This document shows, piece after piece, positions 8,494 through 16,362 of a stretch of 26,957 nt of DNA. Source of the DNA: Clostridia bacterium (GTDB lineage: Bacteria > Bacillota > Clostridia > Christensenellales > CAG-917); the NCBI GenBank assembly GCA_035270865.1, contig DATESK010000149.1:1-26957 (forward strand). Direction: 5' to 3'. The notes beneath the pieces were generated by a model. It ran no database searches. It worked only from the letters and a program-made list of their open reading frames with translations, and was not told the origin of the DNA. Both the position numbers and the translations under genes were made by a program. Positions within the stretch are counted from its first letter, which is position 1, and each line of letters opens with the position of its first letter.

Positions 8494-9651
8494 TTAGCCG
8501 CGCTTCAAAGTAATATCTACTTCGGGAGTGAACTCTAAATTTTGCAAAAAGTTTTCGGGCTTTTCCCAAAAGCGTCCAAACTTGCGGTACATACCGTCCT
8601 CAATTTGAAAGAAGTCGGCGTTATGAGATTGAGAAATAAAGAACGCGTTTGACATCAGTAATTTTATTGTTTCCTCTGCGAGCATAATAATTTCATCTCT
8701 ATCTTTTTGCTGGAGAAGATATAGAGAACGAACTTCTTCGTTTTGTTTATACTCTCTTAGAACCAGTTTCATTTTTAGTTTTGCTTTAACTGCATTTTTT
8801 GAATAGGTCATTTTCCCTTTTTCCGAAATAATTTCAAAGTGCACCACATATCCATTTAATAAAGGCAGTTCAAAAGCTCCGCCCCTTTGTGCGTGCTTGA
8901 AAGCGTTGACGATAGCCGAACTTTCCTCTTCCAAGATAAAAGGTTCGGGGACGCTATCTCCAAAAACAAGATTTCTTCTCATTTTGAACTCAAAAGTTTT
9001 CGCAGAAGATGGTGTTTCTCCGCCCGAAGAAGAAATAATGTCGTCCGCCAACTCGCTTTTTTCAACTAATGCTATAGTAGATGTTGTGGATTTTGTGTAG
9101 TTATCCACGAATAGACTTTTAATGCTAAGTCTTGTGAGATTTTGAAACGAATCGGATTGTCGGAGAGTGCTTTGAAGATAGGTAGAACTGGAGTTTGATG
9201 CGGGAACTGACGCTTTAAGAATTTCTTCGGGGTCATCTTCTGTTGCCACGAGAATAGATTGTAGCGTTAAAAACCAAGCATCCACCAAAGTTTGAAGTTC
9301 CTCATTTATACCATATCCTAGCGCGTCTTTTGATGCGACAATCACATGACAGTGTGAGAGAACAATTGTTAGCCCAAGTTTTTCGCTAATAGCAGATAAT
9401 GCTCCGCTAAAAGTTGAGGAATTTGCGCTATAGACTTCATAGATGGATTTTGAAGCTGCTCCGGCAACGTCACCTTGCGCAATAAAGGTTTGAACAGAGA
9501 TTTCAAAGCTGTCCGGCGTTACATCAACGCCTAATCCTACAACAATTGCGCTATCGGAAATAGAGCCAACCAAATTTACACGCCCCACAAAAATTATAGC
9601 GACTGAAACTATAACAATAATAAACCATTTGGAGCGCAGAAGATTTTTCAT
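8494..9651 (-). CDS. gerAC: Ger(x)C-family germinant receptor subunit C (385 aa)
   Basis: AIVVGLGVD, SHCHVIV and C-terminal ADFFQI..MYRKF..W patterns typical of Ger(x)C. Last gene of an A-B-C cluster, with a 4-bp overlap with the B gene. The symbol is family-level only. Confidence 0.8.
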   Translation of the reverse strand: MKNLLRSKWFIIVIVSVAIIFVGRVNLVGSISDSAIVVGLGVDVTPDSFEISVQTFIAQGDVAGAASKSIYEVYSANSSTFSGALSAISEKLGLTIVLSHCHVIVASKDALGYGINEELQTLVDAWFLTLQSILVATEDDPEEILKASVPASNSSSTYLQSTLRQSDSFQNLTRLSIKSLFVDNYTKSTTSTIALVEKSELADDIISSSGGETPSSAKTFEFKMRRNLVFGDSVPEPFILEEESSAIVNAFKHAQRGGAFELPLLNGYVVHFEIISEKGKMTYSKNAVKAKLKMKLVLREYKQNEEVRSLYLLQQKDRDEIIMLAEETIKLLMSNAFFISQSHNADFFQIEDGMYRKFGRFWEKPENFLQNLEFTPEVDITLKRG

Positions 9652-10931
9652 GAATTTTCTCCTTTTTGCGGAGTGTCTAAGAGAACAAATTGCTTTAGGT
9701 CGGGAGATATGGGAGTCATTGCTGTCGAATTTTGTTGATTGGCAGGTTGTTGCGATGCAGTATTATTTTGTTCCGCTTGATTTTTCGCTCCAATATTTTG
9801 TGCTTGTTGCTGTTCTAAGGCGGGAGAAGGCTGCTCGGTATTTTCCTGTTTTGAATTTTGGGGTGAGTTTTTCTTTTTCTTGGCGTAAAGTGCAAGAAAC
9901 AAAAGAGCAAGAGGTAACACAGTAAAGCTAGCCCAACATATTGCACCCACATACGGTGTTCTAAGAAACGAAAGACCTTGTTCCAGCGTTTTGAAACTCA
10001 ACATAAAAATAACCATTGCGACAGAGTATATTCCCGCGAAAATGCTTCGTTTCTTTGATAGTAGTTCGCCGATGTCAAAAATTGCCCAAAGCAAACAAGC
10101 CATATACAATAATGCCATGAAAATCCAAGCAACAAGTCCCGCCCATTGCAGTTCTCCAAGAGTTACGGAAAAGCTATTAAAAATCGGAATATAAACGAAT
10201 ATATTTTCAACTATAAAAATCGCGCTACCGAAGGTTGCAACGGCAAGAATAACATAGATCATAACAAGAATGTAATTTAGCGGAACCGCAACTGCAAGAT
10301 AGGGGAATTTTCGTTTCTTCAATTTCAACAGCATAAAAGGCAACAAATCACCCACCCACACACCTAGGTTTAGCATACCGCTTGATAATTCGCTAAAATC
10401 GGCTCTCACAATAGGAAGCAGTCGAGTTATGTCCATTTCCGCATCGTAAAAAACTAAGCCGAAAATAATAAGTAGAAATATAAACCAAAACAGCACTTCG
10501 GTAGTTCTTGCAATGGTAACAATACCTTTATAAGCTAAAAAGAACAAAGGCAACATAAGGGAACAAATGATTATATAGGACGGTATAGCGCGGAACATTG
10601 TGCTGACAATGTAGATAGAAACAGAGGCATAAACTAAAAAAAACTTAAAAGTAAGCGGAATTAGCAACAATCCCAAAAGAAATTTTAAGGGTTTAATGCA
10701 GTTGTCTTTAGAAAGCTGAAGACCGTCCATAGAAATGTAAAAATAGATTACTAAAAATATCAAAATTTCAACAATGCAAAATAACAACTCGACAAGAAAC
10801 ACCATGTCAGAGGCATATTCTACAATGAAGCGCGGGAGTCTAGAAACCTTACAAAGAAGGCCAACACTCATTATAAGTATTGCAAGCTGACGGTTATATA
10901 TTTCATTTTTTTTCAAAATGTCGTTTTTCAT
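9648..10931 (-). CDS. gerAB: GerAB/GerKB-family germinant receptor membrane subunit (427 aa)
   Basis: About 10 hydrophobic segments, IYNRQLAIL at the N-terminus, G..TIAR..E, D..RLLPI. Lies between the A and C subunit genes. The symbol is family-level only. Confidence 0.8.
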   Translation of the reverse strand: MKNDILKKNEIYNRQLAILIMSVGLLCKVSRLPRFIVEYASDMVFLVELLFCIVEILIFLVIYFYISMDGLQLSKDNCIKPLKFLLGLLLIPLTFKFFLVYASVSIYIVSTMFRAIPSYIIICSLMLPLFFLAYKGIVTIARTTEVLFWFIFLLIIFGLVFYDAEMDITRLLPIVRADFSELSSGMLNLGVWVGDLLPFMLLKLKKRKFPYLAVAVPLNYILVMIYVILAVATFGSAIFIVENIFVYIPIFNSFSVTLGELQWAGLVAWIFMALLYMACLLWAIFDIGELLSKKRSIFAGIYSVAMVIFMLSFKTLEQGLSFLRTPYVGAICWASFTVLPLALLFLALYAKKKKNSPQNSKQENTEQPSPALEQQQAQNIGAKNQAEQNNTASQQPANQQNSTAMTPISPDLKQFVLLDTPQKGENS

Positions 10932-10941
10932 AGTTATACTC

Positions 10942-12378
10942 TCATTTGCCGGACTGGCGCGTTCTGTTATTTGTAGGAATTGAAAATGGGCGTTTTTTCA
11001 TTCTCTTTAGATTTGATTTGATAATCGTATCTTTAATATCGGGTACAAGCAGAGGCGCAATAGGTGCAAGGAAGGGCGTGCCGTAATTGTTTAAGCTCGC
11101 CATATAACCAATCAGCACTACAATACCAATCAATATTCCGTAAAGTCCCAGCACTGCGCTTATTAACAAAAAAAGGATTCTTAATAAACTTATTTGCGCT
11201 TCTTGGTCGGGAATACAGAATTTGCCGATAACTGCAAGCGCGGTTATTAGTACTGTAGGAGAACTGATAAGTCCAGCATTAACTGCGGTTTCGCCAAGCA
11301 CAATGGCGCCGACTATTGAAAGAGATACGCCCATAATGCGCGGCATTCGTATACTTGCTTGATTCATAACCTCAAAGATAATCACAACCAAAAGCATTTC
11401 GATAGCGGGAGTAAAGGGTATGCCTTTTACGGCATTCAAAATAGAAATTACAAATTTAAGAGGCAATAACTTATATTGATACGATTCAAGAGCAACATAA
11501 GTCCCCGGAAGAAGTATCGAAAGAAATGCGCCTACCATTCTAAGAAAGCGAACCATAGACGCACGCCAAGAATTGCTGTAATAGTCGCTTCCGTCCTGCA
11601 AATCTTCAAATATAACATAAGGCAGAGTCAGGACAACGGGCGAGCCGTCAACAATGATACAAAGCCTGCCCTCAAGCATTTTTGCAGCCACAACATCGGG
11701 TTTTTCAGATATGGCGACATCAGAGAAAAAGGAAAAAGCCTCTGCTTCCAAAAATTGTGCAACATACGAGGAATCAATAATGCCGTCAATATCTATTTTT
11801 GAAATTCGTTCTTTAACTTTATTTACGATATTATCGTCAGCTATACCATGCAGGTGGCAAACAGATATACCGGTGTTTGAAAATCTCCCGACTTTTATCG
11901 TTTCAACAACCAAATTCGGTGTACGGAGCTTGCGCCGAAGCATGGAAGTATTGACTTTCATATCTTCAATAAAGCCCTCGCGCGGGCCACGGTTTATATT
12001 TTCTGTCGGGGGCTCTGCAATCGAACGGTGCGAATATTCACGGAGAGAAAGAACGAATAACTCTTCGGATTTATCAATAATGAGGGCAACATCACCCTGC
12101 GCTACTCTAGTGCTTAATCCCGCGCTTGTAGTTTCAATTCCAATGTTATCCGAATAGGATATTGTTTGTTGAAGCGCATCGGCATAAGGTGGAGCAAACT
12201 CTTTTGCGGATAATAACGGGCAAAGCAAGTCGCGGTTAAGAATGTTTTTATCCGTTAAGCCGTCTATAAGAACAAATGCCATAGAAATTCCGGCTACGCT
12301 AAACTTTCGCACTACGAAGTCGGAACTGCCCAAAAAAATTTCATTTAATTCTTTTAATGTTTGTTCGATATCAATCAT
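10942..12378 (-). CDS. gerAA: GerA-family germinant receptor subunit A (478 aa)
   Basis: RSIAEPPTE..RGPREGFIE, SEKPDVVAAKMLEGR..IIVDGSP, EVMNQASIRMP, IVGAIVLGETAVNAG, GTPFLAPIAP. The symbol is family-level only. Confidence 0.93.
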   Translation of the reverse strand: MIDIEQTLKELNEIFLGSSDFVVRKFSVAGISMAFVLIDGLTDKNILNRDLLCPLLSAKEFAPPYADALQQTISYSDNIGIETTSAGLSTRVAQGDVALIIDKSEELFVLSLREYSHRSIAEPPTENINRGPREGFIEDMKVNTSMLRRKLRTPNLVVETIKVGRFSNTGISVCHLHGIADDNIVNKVKERISKIDIDGIIDSSYVAQFLEAEAFSFFSDVAISEKPDVVAAKMLEGRLCIIVDGSPVVLTLPYVIFEDLQDGSDYYSNSWRASMVRFLRMVGAFLSILLPGTYVALESYQYKLLPLKFVISILNAVKGIPFTPAIEMLLVVIIFEVMNQASIRMPRIMGVSLSIVGAIVLGETAVNAGLISSPTVLITALAVIGKFCIPDQEAQISLLRILFLLISAVLGLYGILIGIVVLIGYMASLNNYGTPFLAPIAPLLVPDIKDTIIKSNLKRMKKRPFSIPTNNRTRQSGK

Positions 12379-12392
12379 ATTGCCCTCGGTGG

Positions 12393-12421
12393 ATTTTTGC
12401 CAAATGAGTTAACGAATATAC
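12393..12421 (-). promoter_or_regulatory. Forespore sigmaG/sigmaF-type promoter of the ger operon
   Basis: The minus strand reads GTATA-N15-GGCAAAAAT, matching GYATA-N15-GGNNANAHT (also GNATA-N17-CAAAAAT). ger operons are known forespore-regulon members. Confidence 0.7.
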
Positions 12422-12451
12422 ATTGGCATAACTTTTTATCGCCACATTTTG

Positions 12452-12479
12452 TTGACTATTTTGCGTGAAAGACTATAAT
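12452..12479 (+). promoter_or_regulatory. sigmaA-type promoter of the amidohydrolase gene
   Basis: TTGACT (12452-12457), 16 bp, TATAAT (12474-12479); AAGGAG RBS follows. Confidence 0.75.
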
Positions 12480-12502
12480 TTCAAGAAGGAGCAAAAGAAA
12501 AA

Positions 12503-13303
12503 ATGAAAATCATTGATACACATTCACACATCTATCCTCAAAAAATTGCCCTAAAGGCGAAAGATAATATAGGCAAGTTTTATTCAATTAGAATGACTGG
12601 AGTTGGTGCGACAGCGGAAGACCTTATCGCAAGCGGCGAAAAAATAGGCGTGGAAAAATTTGTTGTGCATTCCACAGCCACCAAAAAAGAACAAGTTAAA
12701 AGTATCAATAATTTTATCATTGACGAGACGCAAAAACATTCTGAATTTATCGGTTTTGCAACTCTGCATCCTGATATGACGGAAGCCGAAGTACAAATGG
12801 AAACAGAGAGAATTTTAAGCGCGGGACTTAGAGGTCTAAAACTGCATCCCGATTTCCAAAAATTTTGTGTTGATGATGAAAAGGCATTTAAAATTTATGA
12901 AGCATGCGAAGGAAGACTTCCGATTTTGTTTCACGCAGGGGATTCCAGATACGAGTACTCCTCACCCGAAAAGATTGTGGGTATAGCTAAAGTCTTTCCT
13001 AAACTAACAATTATCGCAGCGCATTTTGGCGGATATACCAGGTGGGACGAAACCTTAATTTACAAAGAAGTAGACAATGTTTACTTTGACACTTCGTCTA
13101 CGCTTTTCAAATTACCTGCCGATAGAGCAAAAAAAATTATTATGGAGTTAGGCTGTGAGAGATTTATGTTCGGAGTAGATTTTCCGATGTGGAGACACGA
13201 TGACGAACTAAAAAGATTTTTGGCGGTGGGGCTAAATGACGAAATCAACGAAGCCGTGCTTTCCAAAAACGCTATGCGCATATTAAATATCAGCGAAAAT
13301 TAA
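12503..13303 (+). CDS. Amidohydrolase-family metal-dependent TIM-barrel hydrolase (266 aa), substrate unknown
   Basis: IDTHSH (HxH), GLKLHP, LFHAG, AAHFGG, DTSS and FGVDFP motifs of the Amidohydro_2 type. Confidence 0.85.
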   Translation: MKIIDTHSHIYPQKIALKAKDNIGKFYSIRMTGVGATAEDLIASGEKIGVEKFVVHSTATKKEQVKSINNFIIDETQKHSEFIGFATLHPDMTEAEVQMETERILSAGLRGLKLHPDFQKFCVDDEKAFKIYEACEGRLPILFHAGDSRYEYSSPEKIVGIAKVFPKLTIIAAHFGGYTRWDETLIYKEVDNVYFDTSSTLFKLPADRAKKIIMELGCERFMFGVDFPMWRHDDELKRFLAVGLNDEINEAVLSKNAMRILNISEN

Positions 13304-13345
13304 GCAAATCAATTACAGAACTTTTAAGTTTCATTTAATTATATA

Positions 13346-13374
13346 AACAGTTGATTGCTAGCTCACATAGTATA
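13346..13374 (+). promoter_or_regulatory. Putative mother-cell sigmaK-type promoter
   Basis: AACA (13346-13349), 16 bp, CATAGTATA (13366-13374), matching mACm-N16-CATANNNTA. Lies ~20 nt before the AGGAGGA RBS. Confidence 0.6.
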
Positions 13375-13407
13375 TAACAGAGCGATATGCTCTAGGAGGA
13401 TACTATT

Positions 13408-13584
13408 TTGGGCTTTAATCAATGTTGTTGTGAAGAGAAGAAGGAAGAAAGAAAGGAAAGCTGCTGTTGCTGTGTTATCAAATGCTGTCGTCCACAACCT
13501 CGTCCGACTCCGCCCCCAACATGCTGCTGCTGCTGTTGCTGCGAGAAGAAGGAAAGAAAAGATGAATGTGACGGAAGAGACTAA
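13408..13584 (+). CDS. Unannotated 58-aa Cys-rich microprotein MGFNQCCCEEKKEERKESCCCCVIKCCRPQPRPTPPPTCCCCCCCEKKERKDECDGRD
   Basis: Hand translation: AGGAGGA (13394-13400), 7 nt, TTG start, TAA at 13582-13584. 17 of 58 residues are Cys, using both TGC and TGT codons. Absent from the ORF track because it is shorter than 60 aa. Confidence 0.8.
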   Translation: MGFNQCCCEEKKEERKESCCCCVIKCCRPQPRPTPPPTCCCCCCCEKKERKDECDGRD

Positions 13585-13654
13585 CGACTAATTGCAAACA
13601 CCGTACAAAGAGCTAAAAGAATGAAATACCTTGGTAAACGCTGTAATATCAGCA

Positions 13655-13674
13655 ACTTGGGCATTTGCCCAAGT
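13655..13674. other. Perfect 8-bp hairpin downstream of the Cys-rich gene
   Basis: acttgggc-attt-gcccaagt with no U-tract; possibly a 3' stabilising stem or weak terminator. Confidence 0.4.
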
Positions 13675-13958
13675 ACATATTGAAAACAAACTAAATTAAA
13701 AGACAGCAACATCGCAATTAAAAAATATTTTCGAAATTCATATAAAACCCTAATTAAAAACAAAATCCTAACCAAAATAAAATTATAGTTAAAAAATATA
13801 GTCGAAATTAAGTAATAAAATATAAGATTACTTTTGTTTTTGCTTTGGATTTCAAAAGTTTTAGTGTAAACTGAGGTTTAATATATATTTTACTACAAAT
13901 AATGATATGGATTAACTTATATAAATAAAATAGTACAATTTGGTACACAAAGGACAAT

Positions 13959-16181
13959 TTGAAAACATTCTCAGAACTTAATATCAAGCAGGAAATTAAA
14001 GACGCCATAATCGAAATGGGCTTTAGTGAGCCCACCCCGATTCAAGGGGAAATCATACCTATAATACTAGAGGGCAAAGATTGTTTGGCGCAGGCGCCGA
14101 CAGGAACGGGAAAGACTTGCGCGTTTGGAGTCCCTATCGTAAATATGGTAGACACTAAAAATCCGTCTGTGCAAGCGGTAGTGCTTTGCCCTACGCGCGA
14201 ACTTGCAATGCAGACAGAAAACGAACTAAAAAAACTGGCAAAATTTATGGTAGGAGTACGCATTCTAGCAGTTTACGGCGGTCAACCAATAGAACGGCAA
14301 TTAGCGGGAATCCGCAAAAAACCGCAAATTATTGTCGGCACTCCGGGACGAATTATTGACCACTTACGCCGCCGCACGCTAAGACTTCAAGACGCAAAAA
14401 TGGCGGTGCTAGACGAGGCGGATGAAATGCTGAATATGGGCTTTCGCGATGACATTGATTCTATACTTTCGCAAATGCCTGACGAGCGTCAAAGTATGCT
14501 GTTTTCCGCAACAATGCCCAAAGAAATCCTTGAAATTTCAATGGAATACCAACATAATCCCATTTCCATAAAAACCACAATTTCTGGCGAGGATATGCCC
14601 CCCATAACTCAATATTATGTCAAACTTAAAGAAACAACAAAGTATGACGCGCTTTTGCAGATAATAAAGGACAAGGACTACAAACTTGTGCTTGTATTCA
14701 CCAATACCAAACACAAGGCGGGAGAACTTGACGAGCAACTTCAAGCAGACAACTATTTGTCCGCCGCTTTGCACGGAGATTTGCGCCAGAAAGTCCGTGA
14801 TACCGTTATGCGGAGTTACCGCGACAGAAAGTTGAATATTTTAGTCGCAACCGATGTTGCCGCACGCGGAATTGATGTCGAAAATATCGAAGCAATATTT
14901 AACTACGATGTGCCACTTGACGAAGAATACTATATTCACCGTATTGGCAGAACGGCAAGAGCTAACAAAACAGGGGTGGCGTATTCCTTTGTTACCGCCC
15001 GTGATATTCACAAACTGAATTTCTATGAAAAACTGACAGGTTCGCCAATTAACGAATTAAGACTTGCAGGAATAAGCGAGGATAAATTGAACAAATCAAG
15101 ACGAAAAGAAGACACAGGTAAAAAGTTTTTCTTAAATGTGGGTGCAAAAGACGAATTGAACGAAAGCAAGATTGCAAATTTTGTTATTTCAAAAACTCAA
15201 ATTGTTGAAGATGACATCGAAGCTATCAAGATTTTGGACATCTTTTCCTTTGTTACGGTAAGAAAAGAAGTAGCAGACGAAATGCTAACATTAAACGGCG
15301 AACGCTTTGCAAACCGCAGACTTGCAGTAGAAACCGCCGAAGAATTGCCTAGAGGCGGAAGTGAAAGAGGCTCAAGAGGCGGAAGCGAAAGAGGCTCAAG
15401 AGGCGGAAGCGAAAGAAGTTCTTCGAGGGGCGGAAGCTCACGGGGTGGAAGTGAAAGAAGTTCACGGGGCGGAAGTGAAAGAGGCTCAAGAGGCGGAAGT
15501 TATTCTAAAGATGATAAGCCGAGAAGCGGAAGTTCGCGAGGTTATTATTCTAAGGATGAAAAGCCCAGAAGCGAAAGAACAAGCGATAATGAGAGCATGT
15601 CTGTAAATTATGTAATTAACGAATACGGCACAAAAGTTGCCACAAAAGAATACGGCGACAGACCAATCAAAAAAGACAGCAACGGAAATTACAAGCCGAG
15701 AACAGAGGGCGAATATAAACCGAGAAGCGAAGGTGGTTACAAGCCTAGAACAGAAGGCGGTTACAAGCCGAGAAGTGAAGGTGGATATAAACCCAAAACA
15801 GAAGGTGGCTACAAACCCAGAACCGAAGGCGGATATAAGCCTAAAACTGAAGGCGGTTACAAACCTAGAACAGAGGGCGAGTACAAACCTAGAACAGAGG
15901 GCGAGTACAAACCCAGAACCGAAGGCGGTTACAAACCCAAAACCGAAGGCGGTTACAAACCCAAAACCGAGGGCGGTTACAAACCTAGAACAGAGGGCGA
16001 GTACAAGCCGAGAAGTGAAGGTGGATATAAACCCAAAACAGAAGGCGGAAAATCTACAACAGGTGGCGCGGGCGCAGATTATCGCAAATTTAGAACTGGT
16101 GGCACGGCAAAGAAAAAATCCCCGACCGTTACTTTTGGAGATAATAAACCAACAAGAAAGAATAGTAAGCCAAAATATTAA
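13959..16181 (+). CDS. deaD: DEAD-box RNA helicase (DeaD/CshA-like) with DbpA-type RNA-binding domain and long low-complexity tail (740 aa)
   Basis: Q motif GFSEPTPIQ, APTGTGKT, PTRELA, TPGR, DEAD, SAT, TDVAARGID and HRIGRTAR. FFLNVGAKD..IKILDIFSFV resembles the DbpA RBD. TTG start. Confidence 0.93.
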   Translation: MKTFSELNIKQEIKDAIIEMGFSEPTPIQGEIIPIILEGKDCLAQAPTGTGKTCAFGVPIVNMVDTKNPSVQAVVLCPTRELAMQTENELKKLAKFMVGVRILAVYGGQPIERQLAGIRKKPQIIVGTPGRIIDHLRRRTLRLQDAKMAVLDEADEMLNMGFRDDIDSILSQMPDERQSMLFSATMPKEILEISMEYQHNPISIKTTISGEDMPPITQYYVKLKETTKYDALLQIIKDKDYKLVLVFTNTKHKAGELDEQLQADNYLSAALHGDLRQKVRDTVMRSYRDRKLNILVATDVAARGIDVENIEAIFNYDVPLDEEYYIHRIGRTARANKTGVAYSFVTARDIHKLNFYEKLTGSPINELRLAGISEDKLNKSRRKEDTGKKFFLNVGAKDELNESKIANFVISKTQIVEDDIEAIKILDIFSFVTVRKEVADEMLTLNGERFANRRLAVETAEELPRGGSERGSRGGSERGSRGGSERSSSRGGSSRGGSERSSRGGSERGSRGGSYSKDDKPRSGSSRGYYSKDEKPRSERTSDNESMSVNYVINEYGTKVATKEYGDRPIKKDSNGNYKPRTEGEYKPRSEGGYKPRTEGGYKPRSEGGYKPKTEGGYKPRTEGGYKPKTEGGYKPRTEGEYKPRTEGEYKPRTEGGYKPKTEGGYKPKTEGGYKPRTEGEYKPRSEGGYKPKTEGGKSTTGGAGADYRKFRTGGTAKKKSPTVTFGDNKPTRKNSKPKY
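15351..15500 (+). repeat. Coding repeat RGGSERGS-like, 7 RGG units
   Basis: agaggcggaag(t/c)gaaagaggctca 24-bp units with variants. Confidence 0.9.
15690..16049 (+). repeat. 15 x 24-bp coding tandem repeat, YKP[RK][TS]EG[GE]
   Basis: Counted 15 in-phase units from tac at 15690 to the last unit starting at 16026; many synonymous differences between units. Confidence 0.95.
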
Positions 16182-16192
16182 AAACAAAATAA

Positions 16193-16229
16193 TAAAAAAA
16201 ATGACTTGCATATCGCAAGTCATTTTTTT
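16193..16229 (+). terminator. Intrinsic (probably bidirectional) terminator after the helicase gene
   Basis: A-tract, atgacttgc-atatc-gcaagtcat, tttttt. Confidence 0.9.
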
Positions 16230-16279
16230 ATCAACATAAAAGACACTGTAAATATTAAAATATAAATAAAAAAATTGCA

Positions 16280-16327
16280 AACTACTTTAGCAAAGTAGTT
16301 GACTAAAGCGATTTTATACTATAAAAT
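16280..16327 (+). promoter_or_regulatory. his operon sigmaA promoter with an overlapping palindromic operator-like site
   Basis: TTGACT (16299-16304), 17 bp, TAAAAT (16322-16327). The inverted repeat aactacttt-agc-aaagtagtt (16280-16300) overlaps the -35. Confidence 0.65.
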
Positions 16328-16362
16328 AAAAATATAAAAGTGGAAAGTTAAAAGGAGCGCGA

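Noticed and set aside
9101-9109. DnaA-box-like TTATCCACG
   Set aside because: A single imperfect match inside a coding region, with no cluster.
12503-13303. Amidohydrolase as the missing histidinol phosphatase
   Set aside because: Its motifs are Amidohydro_2 type rather than PHP, and it is separately transcribed and separated from the his operon by the helicase gene and a terminator.
13408-13584. Cys-rich peptide as a RiPP (ranthipeptide/thiopeptide) precursor
   Set aside because: No radical SAM, YcaO, LanB/C/M, peptidase or exporter genes in the window, and no leader/core organisation.
13355-13591. 78-aa ORF-track frame (MLAHIV..AAAAVAARRRK)
   Set aside because: No RBS; it is a shifted-frame shadow of the Cys-rich ORF, which has AGGAGGA at ideal spacing.
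13621-13683. 20-aa ORF MKYLGKRCNISNLGICPSTY
   Set aside because: No credible RBS; expected by chance.
13581-13775. 64-aa hydrophobic minus-strand ORF (possible toxin or membrane peptide)
   Set aside because: No RBS; the hydrophobicity is explained by the A-rich plus strand; no antitoxin-like context.
15361-16280. Long alternative-frame and antisense ORFs over the helicase tail
   Set aside because: Stop-free by-products of the 24-bp repeats; synonymous variation follows the helicase frame.
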